Positions 54,598 to 64,000 of a stretch of 64,000 nucleotides of DNA are shown here, one piece after another. This DNA is from Utricularia gibba (taxonomy: Eukaryota > Plantae > Magnoliophyta). The position numbers were made by a program, and so were the translations under genes. Numbering within the stretch: the first letter of the stretch is position 1; each line of letters starts with the position of its first letter. The notes under the pieces were generated by a model. The model ran no database searches, had not been told where the DNA came from, and saw only the letters and a program-made list of their open reading frames with translations. Where the stretch lies: assembly GCA_002189035.1 (NCBI GenBank), contig NEEC01000009.1:1984001-2048000 (forward strand), in the 5' to 3' direction.

Positions 54598-57409
54598 TCA
54601 TCTGGGACCGGAGAGTTCAATGGCTTGTGCAATGAGAGAAGAATCGTCGGTGAGGTCCGAATACCGTTCAGACGAAGAGAGTTCCTGCAACTTGAGCTTG
54701 TGTGGTTCCAATCTCTGAGAAGCCTCCCATCTCTCTGCAACTCCATCTCCTTCGAGCATCCTAACTACTTCAGACATCTTTGGTCTCAGGCTGGGAAGAT
54801 ACTGAGTGCATAACAATGCTACTTTGATCATTTCCTCAAGCTCGATTCTGTCATAGTTGTTCTTCAAATCCCTGTCTACAAGCTCCTCAAGTTTCTTCTC
54901 CTGTTGAAGCTTCTTCACCTGAAATGAAACCATCAGTTTAATTGAGAATGACAACCTGCATTCACCCTGTTGGATTAAAATGTGCAACGCTTGGTGCTTA
55001 CCCATTCAAGAACTGCTCCTTTCTGATTAGTAGCTGACTTGCCAAACTGTAAGGCTCTTTGGCCTGTGATCAGCTCTAGAAGAAGTATTCCAAAGCCAAA
55101 AACGTCCGTCTTTTCAGATGATTGACCTGTTGATAAATATTCAGGAGCTATATGCCCCACTGTGCCACGGACAGCAGTTGTGACATGAGAGTCCTGGTGA
55201 TCCAAAAGCTTTGCCAATCCGAAATCTCCAACAACCGCCTCACAGTACTCATCAAGAAGTATGTTAGCTGCCTTGACATCCCGGTGAATTATCTTTGGAT
55301 CACACTGTTCATGAAGATATAACAGCCCTCTTGCAGCACCTAAAGCTATTCTTTTCCTTGTCCCCCAGTCCAGGACAGGTTTTGCTGCTCGAATCAATGA
55401 CTAAATCAAGCACTCGAGGAGATGAATATGAACCAGTGAATATGGTGGAGCAGGGGTACCTTTGAGCCGGGAAGCAACGCTTCCATTTGACATGTAAGGA
55501 TAAACTAAAAGCTTCTCTGAGGGTGTCACACAAAATCCATGTAGTTTGAGGAGATTGCGGTGAACGGCTAGACTGATCATCTCGACTTCTGTTTGAAATT
55601 GCTGCTCCCCACCGGTGGTGCCACCATCTTTAAGTCTCTTTACAGCCACAGGTGTGCCATCTTGGAGATGTCCCTTGTACACATTTCCAAAGCCTCCTTT
55701 GCCCAAGAGGTTTTTACTGCTAAAATTGTTGGTTGCTACCTGGAGTTCTCTTAGTTGAAACCTTCTCAAATTTCCAAAAGAAACTTCCTCTTGCTGATGA
55801 ACTGAGATTTTAACCAGCACATTTCAGTCATGCTACGTAAATACGGATCACAGCAAGGTGTGAAGCTGTCTATCTAACCATTAACATCAAAGAACTTCGG
55901 TTGTCCATTCCTAATTCTCCACAGCAAGAGGCATGTTGCAACTGCAAGGAGGCTGATGCAACCGAGACTCATTCCAAGTGCAAGTGCTGTCCTTTGACGA
56001 CTTGACAGGGGCGCTATCGAAAAAACATGGAACAGCATTTGTACAAAGAGATATTTGGCCTGTTACTTTGGTGCCATTCAACAAAGAAATACACCAAATT
56101 CAGTGAAGAAACAGCTGATGTGTGTGTGATCATACCTCTTGAATTGCTTAAGGACGCAGGAATTGGCACTGAAGAGTTGCCGGAAGTACACTCCAACTCT
56201 CTCCCTGTAGCACATATCAAGGGGTTTCCTATTACACTGAAAAACATGGAACAAGAACCCCTTCAGAGATGAATGACAGCGGCCTAGCTCTACGATGCAC
56301 TCGAAATTTTTATAGTTTTTCTAGTATTCGAAACGGAAACATCTCAATGCATTACACAACATATTCAAAGGAGTTGAAATAGTAAAAAAAACTCACTTGA
56401 ATTTAGAGGGGAACTTGGGAACAGGACCACTTAAATTATTGTAAGAGAAGTCACTGCAGATCAACAACAAAATATGGGGAAGGTTACTGGGAGAACTAGA
56501 TAGAAAGGAGAAATACGCAAGATGGAAATGAGAATTACACAAGAGAGAGCAATGTTAGGTTGGAAAGTGATGAGGGAATCTCTCCAGAGAGACTATTATT
56601 ATTCAGCTTCCTGATTCACACAAAAAATCAGCAAAAGTTATTCGCAATTCTAAGATTCGAAGTTCTTCATAATACTTTAAGTTTCATACATGTACCGAAG
56701 GCTGTTCAAGTGACCTAAAGTAGCAGGAATGCTGCCAGTGAAAAAGTTGCTTGAAAGATCAAGAGTTTGAAGCTTTGAGAGCCTCCCAAGTTCATCAGGG
56801 ATAGTCCCTGATATGTTATTGTTCTGCAACAGTCTGCAAAATCTCAAATCCATCAAATACCGCATTTTTTTGGGGAGAAAGAAACAGAAAGAAGCAACGT
56901 TTTGGGAATAGTTAACTTGCATTGTACGGAGATTTGTCAAGTTTCCAATGCTTGAAGAGAGTGTTCCAGATAAATTCTGGCTGGGGCTTCCGCTGCACAA
57001 TAGTATGTATCAACCATGTAAGCAGACTAGCAATTACCTATTTCCTCCCAGAAACGGTGATTTTCCGTGATTGGAGTAAAGCTTACAGGCCAACGACAAG
57101 GCTCTCAGATGAACAAGTGACCAAGGTCCAACTACAGGGATCAACAGCGTCTCCATCCCAATTTTTCAGTACCCCATGAGTGTCTCTGAGGGAAGCTTTA
57201 ATGCCCATTAAAGCTTGAACTGAACAAGCAACGCCCAGATGATAAAATCGACAGTTTATTCTAAAAGAGTCCAAAACCATTAAATTCCAGTCTGGGTTCT
57301 AATCTCTACCTTCGAAGTTGACACCCTGGGGAGAAAGCAAGCAAATCCCAGTACCCAAGAAGAACAGAAACGTGACTGCCCCAAAAGAAACTGCCATTCT
57401 CCTTCTCAT
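54598..57409 (-). CDS. NIK1: NSP-interacting kinase 1-like LRR receptor kinase (LRR-II subfamily)
   Basis: Signal peptide then [26 protein letters not shown], 72/144-nt LRR exons, [85 protein letters not shown], ending ELSGPR*. Confidence 0.95.
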
Positions 57410-60400
57410 TGTGAAGAGAAGCGATGAGCATCTATCTGCAGCTATGAGTCGCTGATTTCTACGGCAGGAAGGAATTGTGTGTGATATGCGGTGCCTGCAA
57501 GTCCAACCAAGTCAGTCCGTCGCGCTGCATAAAGCACCCCGCATTGCCTGTCACGCTCCAGGAACCTTTATCAGGAAAAAACGCATATATTTTGTAACAA
57601 GAAATTCACCCCCAATAAAATTTGGCTTGAATCAAAGACCTTTTTTTACCCAGCAAGTTTTTATACTCTACCACATGAAGACGAAGCACAAGAATCCAAA
57701 AATCAGGCCACCGATGATCTCAACCCACTTCCAGAACCCATGAGCATGACTACTCCAGAAACACGACACACAACAATCCAACATTCCCTCTGCCCATGAA
57801 CTCTGTTAATCATCGAAACAACGCCAAGAACACAACAAGAACCAATGTTTGGAAAAATTGAAAGGCTGTTCAGAACTCTCAGTTTTTGAAATTCTGCAAC
57901 AAAACCAAGACTTTTCTTGAAAGTTGCGAAGCGACTCCTGCATGCCCGTTGGAAGGGGTGATATATACAAAATACACATACGCATACACACATACATGGG
58001 TGCAGTGCGTAGCAGCAAAGCAGACCAACTTTCTCATCTTTCTCTTTCACCCTTCCTTTTTGCTGCTAGGGGTCTGCATTGCTGACTGCTCACCATTGAG
58101 AAAAAAAAAGGTTGCAAAATGCCACACCGGAAAGTGAGAATATAGTCGACAGCGAAGCAGAATAGTAGCCATCTTCAGTATTCAAACCGTCAGATACAAC
58201 ACACTTGTTTATTCATTATTACTGGAATTTAGGAACTGTAATGACTAATGACCACAAAATCCACTGCCAAAACTAGCAGAAATTCCCATACTTTATACAG
58301 AAAACACTTGGTATGGGACCAATCTAGAAGAGACCACCTCCACTGAGCCCACCCACCTTAATCCCAGTTATTCTTTAAAAAAAAAAAATCAACCAGGATT
58401 TTCGACAGTATCATTAAATTCAAATTCCCATACCATGGATTGGTACCAATTCTACTGAGCTAAGAAAAATGAGTTGGTCTGAAATGAATATAAAGTAGCT
58501 TTAATAATTGACACCCTTTTTTGTTTCAAAGGGTGTGGTTAGATTCAAACAAGCCGGGTTCACTTTTAGTGCCACATTGTTCTGGTTACAATATTCAGCA
58601 ACATGGAAAGCTACGAATCGACTGGTAAACTAGAAGGCATGTCGATGGTCTTAGAGGATGGAGTCTTGAAGGGTCTCCTTTGCTTAGTGTGTAATATGCA
58701 GCACAAACTCCGGCCAGTCCTGCATTTATTTTACCCTGTGTCCTGCTACGGTGAGGTAAAGGAAGAAAGAAATGGGGAAGTTTGGCACCCGCGTGACAGA
58801 TGGACCACTTGAAGAGAAAGGAGCAAACTTCCATCCCCGCATTCAATTTCCTGCCGTCTGAACCGAGATGAGCAAGAAATAGACCACACGATGATACACA
58901 CACATATGGAAGATGTCATGAGAAACGCGAGATCCATTGCAGATGAATAAGTTGGGTACAGCTAAGGCTCTGGTCCCCGGCGGAACACCACCACCACCAC
59001 GCAGAAGAACAGGCAGGCTCCAGAGAAGACGTTCTCTGGCGTGGTCAGTGTGCTTCCTTCTTCTTGGCACTAACTACTAGCTTCATGGATTTGGTTTCGA
59101 CAACTAACGGAGTGACTACTGCACCACCATGAAATAAGTTCCAATCCCAAATTTAATCTTGAAAAAGATTCAGTTTCTTGGCTCCCTTAACGACCGTCAC
59201 GTGTTCCTTCTTCTTCTTCTTCTTCTTACTCAAGATCCAATGAGGATGATCCATCCAAGGTTGAGACCCACAGACTCCGGAGCAAGACCCATCGCGCCAC
59301 GTGGACTGGACGCCTTTTCATTAAGAAAACATTTTATTCCAAATAACAATGACGTCAAATTCAACTATAATTTATATTACATATTTACATGAAAAATAGG
59401 CATGTATTAGAAAATTGGTCACTATCTGTGTTGTATGAGAAAAATAACCATAATATATATAAAAAAAATGTTTAATTTTCTAAATAATTCAAAAAATAGG
59501 CGATGAGGAGACAACTCCAATACAAAATAAATAACCTTAAAATACACACTTACTCTAAAAATATTCCCGCTGCGGCATCAACAGAACATGAACTGTCACC
59601 TCACTACCGCATTTAATATAATATTACAAATACCAAAAAAAGGTTTTTTTTATTGTAAGTACTTATTTGGATGATAAATATTAAAAATTTAAATTTTTAA
59701 GTATTAAAAAGTTAAATTACATTATTACCCTTAACAAATTATTTTTTATTTCTCTATTGACTATATTTAAAAGTATAGATAGAAAATAATGAAGGTTTAT
59801 AACTATGAAATCATTCATGTCCGATTCGAAACCGAAACCGTATTCGACCCATCTCTTTTCTTTGCTTTCTCAAAATTTGGAACCCAAAGGCATGGATGTA
59901 TGATTTCAAATGTTAGGAATTGTTTTATTTATATGACTAAAAGAAAAGGCCGAAAATGGAATATTCTTATTATTATATTGGAAAATAGGGAAGTAGGGGT
60001 GTGGGGGTCCCACCAAGTAACCGGGGTCCCCCCTTGGTAACAGCAACTCATCATCGGATTTTGATTGCATTTGGTCGCTCTCATTCCCCGCCCCAGGCCC
60101 AGACAGACACCGTATTCAATTGCGCAAACCCTAGGCTCTTAATTAATTGCAGAAAATTCGAATATTATTTATTATTTATTATTATTAAAAAAGATTAGTA
60201 AGGGATTTTACTAAAGATGGGCATTTCTTTAATTATTATTATTTGAGATATGGAAGGAGCATTAATTCCATTGCCCCAATTTTCTGGGAGGCCTTGAATC
60301 AGGCCGACCCCCACGTTGTAGTAATTGACTCGTGCCGATTTGGTCACCCCGACAATAAAGGACCGGTTTCGAACCCGGTTCAAGGGGGGGGGGGTTAGCC

Positions 60401-60717
60401 AATTGAAAAATTTCTTTTAAACTATTTTTTGAAAATCAATTCTAATAAAATCGAAGTTAGGAATTTATAATTTATTTTAAAAAATTTATTCGTTTAAGGA
60501 TATAAATCGTTCGTATTTGATAATTATTTATAATATATTTTTATAAGAGGATAATTTGTTTTAGACAGATTTTAATTTTTTATTTTATTTTAGGCCCATT
60601 TTTGTTCGGCCCCAAATGAACTGGGTATCTCCGTAGCCCATTTAGGTGTTTACATTCTGACCAAGAATTATACACAGCGGCCCATGTGGTGGTGGCTCTG
60701 TCAAAACATTGTTTTGA

Positions 60718-61127
60718 CAGAGCTGGGCACGGTTACGGGTTGACCCGTGTATCCGGCGGGTCAACTCGTGACGGGTCCAACCCGTAACCTGTAACCGTCG
60801 AAAACGGGTACGGGACGGGTCGGTTGTACACGGGTATGAGTCGACCTGGTGGGCCAATGTAAATGGAACTAGCGTGTAATGTATTAAGAATTATTGAGTT
60901 AACTCACAAAAATATAAAGACATGATCATTTCATAACCTAATTATCAATAAATATATCTAATATTATTAAAATTAAAAAAAATAATGACACGTATCAACT
61001 CGTGACTCAGGACGGGTCAACCCATCCAACCCGACCCGTCAACTCGTATCCGCCGAGTCAGCCATTTCATTTTTTACCCGGCGGGTTCGACCCGTTACCC
61101 GCCGAGTCGGACCCGTGCCCACCTCTA
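60718..61127. mobile_element. Non-autonomous hAT-like MITE (about 410 bp) upstream of FtsHi3
   Basis: Terminal inverted repeats cagagctgggcacgg (60718) and ccgtgcccacctcta (ending 61127), 13/15 match. Subterminal arrays of acccg/cgggt motifs at both ends surround an AT-rich core. No 8-bp TSD found. Confidence 0.65.
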
Positions 61128-61366
61128 CAAAACAATATCTTGAAGCTCAATTCTTGTTATCGTGCCTGGGACACGGAGCCCGTGCCTGCATTTGCAGCCT
61201 CCAAATCCATGTTCGCCTTTGGGGATTGCCATCCATTTTCAAGCTGAGGTGATTTTTTGGATTTGGAGTTTTGAGTAAAGTTTTTTTTCTTTTGAGGTTG
61301 AGCCGAATCTTGAACTGGGTAGAAATGCGAACCTCCGGTGAAGCTTCTTCATAAGGTTTTAGGGTG

Positions 61367-63552
61367 ATGGCATCTTTGCCTCTGGTTTCCAAGGACAGTT
61401 TCTTGATCTCCCAGGGAAATTTTGATATTTGTCTTCACAGGCCCAGGATTGTTTTAGGAAATGGGGGCTTATCTTTCATTGGTTCTGCTTCTTACCCTGT
61501 TTCGTGGCGTCAGGCGGGTCAAAGAACTTACTGTCGGTTTCGGTGTTGTGGTAAATTAAGTAATGCTGAGCAAAGATTTCTTAAAGGAGAAAATAACGGA
61601 CCAAGGAAGGATTTTGGATTCAGGTTACAGTCCGAGACGAAATTGTTGTTGAGAAGGTTGAAACACACTTCGATCAAGTCAGTGTTAGATGGTCTGGGAA
61701 CATTTCTGCGTAAGAATGTGAAACAATTAGCGCTTACCGCTTGTGTTTCTGTTGTATTGGGTTTCTGCTTTATATTTCTCAAAGTCACTGCAGTTCAAGC
61801 TCCTAGAGTTGTTCCATACTCAGACATGATTTTGAGCCTCCAGAATGGGAACATAGCAAAGGTTTTGTTTGAGGAGGGCAGCCGCCGTATATATTACAAC
61901 ACGAAGTCATTCAGTGAAAAAGGGAGCCATGGTGCAACGGATGAGCATCAAACTCTTGATAGCCATGTGTTGGATGATGTGGCTGTCCAAGAAAATGCGC
62001 AAAAATTTGTTTCTGGGAAAGATATGGCGTGGAAGGTGAGGAAACCCCAGAGTTCAGTCAGTAGTTGGGAGTTCTCCACCAGAAAGATTGATCATGATGA
62101 AGGATATGTTCTTAGTCTGATGAGGGACAAGGGGATTTCTTATAGTTCAGCTCCCCCATCAATTGTAATGTCTATGAGGAACACTTTGATAACGGTTTTA
62201 ACTTTGTGGATTCCGTTGACGCCGTTAATGTGGCTTCTTTATCGCCAACTCTCTGCTGCCAGTAGTCCTGCCAGGAGAAGAAAACCTACCAACCAACTTG
62301 TTACCTTCGAAGATGTGGAAGGTGTTGACACTGCAAAGATGGAGCTGATGGAGGCAAGCATTCTCCTTTAAGCTTCTAGTTTCTAAGCAGTTTTTTATTT
62401 CTTTTACTTTTATGATGTTGACATATCAAGATGTTGATAATGAGCAGCCTTCAGATCTGTAAAGGGCTCTACAGTTATGCGTTTTTCTGATTTTTTGCAG
62501 ATGATTTCATTTGCATATGGTTACTGAATATGCTAATCACTTCTTCTGTTAATTCTTTTATTTCCATAGATCGTGTGTTGCCTCCAAGGCTCAATTAACT
62601 ACAGTAAACTAGGGGCCAAGTTGCCACGTGGGGTGCTCCTTGTTGGCCCCCCTGGAACAGGGAAGACCTTACTAGCTCGGGCGGTTGCAGGAGAAGCTGG
62701 GGTACCATTTTTTTCGGTTTCGGCCAGTGAATTTGTGGAGCTATTCGTTGGAAGAGGCGCTGCTCGCATAAGAGACCTCTTCAGCGTCGCAAGAAAGAAT
62801 GCCCCTTCGATTATCTTCATTGATGAACTTGATGCAGTAGGGGGAAACGTGGACGAAGTTTCAATGATGAAAGAGACCAAACATTGAACCAAGTACTTCA
62901 TGCTTTTATCCATTCAACTGTTCAACTTAAGTGATCTCTCCTAGTTGTTCCATGTAGTGTTTTTTTTCCTCTACAGTTGCTTACAGAAATGGATGGCTTT
63001 GAATCTGGCATGAACATCATCGTCATTGCTGCCACAAATAGACCTGAAGCTCTTGACCCAGCTCTCTGTCGACCAGGGAGGTTCTCAAGGAAAGTTTACG
63101 TTGGAGAACCAGACCTGGAAGGGAGAAGAAAGATCTTGGCAATACATTTGAGAGACATACCATTGGAGGAAGAGGAGTCCCTTATGTGCAGCCTCATTGG
63201 ATCTCTCACACAAGGCCTTGTTGGTGCTGATCTGGCAAACATAGTAAATGAGGCAGCCCTTCTGGCTGCACGCAGAGGTCAAATAGCTTGAGTTTCTTGT
63301 TGACGGTGGTGTGTTCGATGTAACTTCATTGCATTTTATTACTTTCTTGCAGGAGCTGAAAAGGTTTCCAGAGAAGATATCATGGAAGCTATTGAAAGAG
63401 CCAGGTTCGGAATAAAGGAGAAGCAAACAGGCCTGAGTACGATCAGCAAGGAAGTTGGGAAATGGTTTCCATGGATGCCTCCTCTTTTGAGTGGAAATGA
63501 CAACGGAAAAGATGGAATCCAGGGACCCCTTGGGTACCAAACTTTGAGCTAG
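61367..63552 (+). CDS. FTSHI3: FtsH-like AAA+ protein lacking the HExxH zinc motif (FtsHi3-like, plastid), 4 exons, with an apparent 1-nt frameshift near 62845
   Basis: Exons 61367-62353, 62570-62892, 62977-63277 and 63353-63552. Walker A GPPGTGKT, Walker [33 protein letters not shown]-terminal WFPWMP...[10 protein letters not shown], and no protease domain. Intron 1 is GC-AG. Confidence 0.9.
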
Positions 63553-64000
63553 CAAGTAGCAAGTTACCTTGCTTCTCCTTTTACCCCGGTCGGCGTTCGA
63601 ACCAATGCTGGTCCAGAGTCAGCACACATTCTCTCATCCTTGGATACCAGAAAAGAAAGAGACTGATGTGCTCGTCATATTCAGGGGGTATACAATCCTT
63701 TTTCATGTACATTAGTAAAATGCCGCCAGATTGTTTTCATTGCATGGGAATCTTACCGTCTCCTTGCTAAACAAGTAGTCCAGAGAGAAATCGCGAAACT
63801 CGAGGAAAACAAAACTAGGTAAAGAAAATCAAGCAAGTTCGGATCTAATTTCGCATCAGGAGCCTTTAGCTAACAGATAAATTGTTTTGAAACATAAATC
63901 ACAGATTCATTCAGTATCATTCAAAAATGTTTACATTCCATGCAAAGTCGGAGAGCTGCTCATCTACTTTATCCTCTACCGCAGACTCCATTGGAATAAA

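Noticed and set aside
47500-59400. Search for conserved miRNA hairpins (miR156/159/160/164/166/167/169/171/172/319/390/393-399) in the long spacers
   Set aside because: No matching mature sequence seen by eye; only short incidental hairpins such as ctctcc...ggagag at about 47765.

Overview
Gene-dense eudicot nuclear DNA with very short introns (many 65-100 nt) and short spacers. It resembles a compact asterid genome, possibly Lamiales (inference only). Recognisable genes in order: CYP85A brassinosteroid C-6 oxidase (+), a deletion-riddled SF3B3/SAP130 pseudogene (+), SEP1/2-like MADS gene (+), RCC1-repeat gene (-), BIG/UBR4-like giant E3 ligase (+), a 3-exon RGF/GOLVEN/CLEL peptide precursor that no single ORF in the track reveals (-), F-box/kelch gene (-), FHA kanadaptin-like gene (-), AVT6 amino-acid transporter (-), E-class PPR gene (-), intronless S-group bZIP (+), NIK1-like LRR-RLK (-) and FtsHi3-like AAA protein (+). 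From recalled Arabidopsis and tomato gene order this is the old CYP85A-SEP-BIG-bZIP-CO-NIK1 syntenic block, but no FUL-like or CONSTANS-like gene is visible. The most unusual signal is at 48.9-53.3 kb. There, minus-strand splice signals outline an unannotated micro-exon-rich transcript that appears to span the bZIP gene and carries a tandemly duplicated 10-nt micro-exon that could switch the reading frame. Two single-base homopolymer frameshifts (FHA gene, FtsHi3) suggest assembly indel errors. All exon models were derived by eye and no database search was run.
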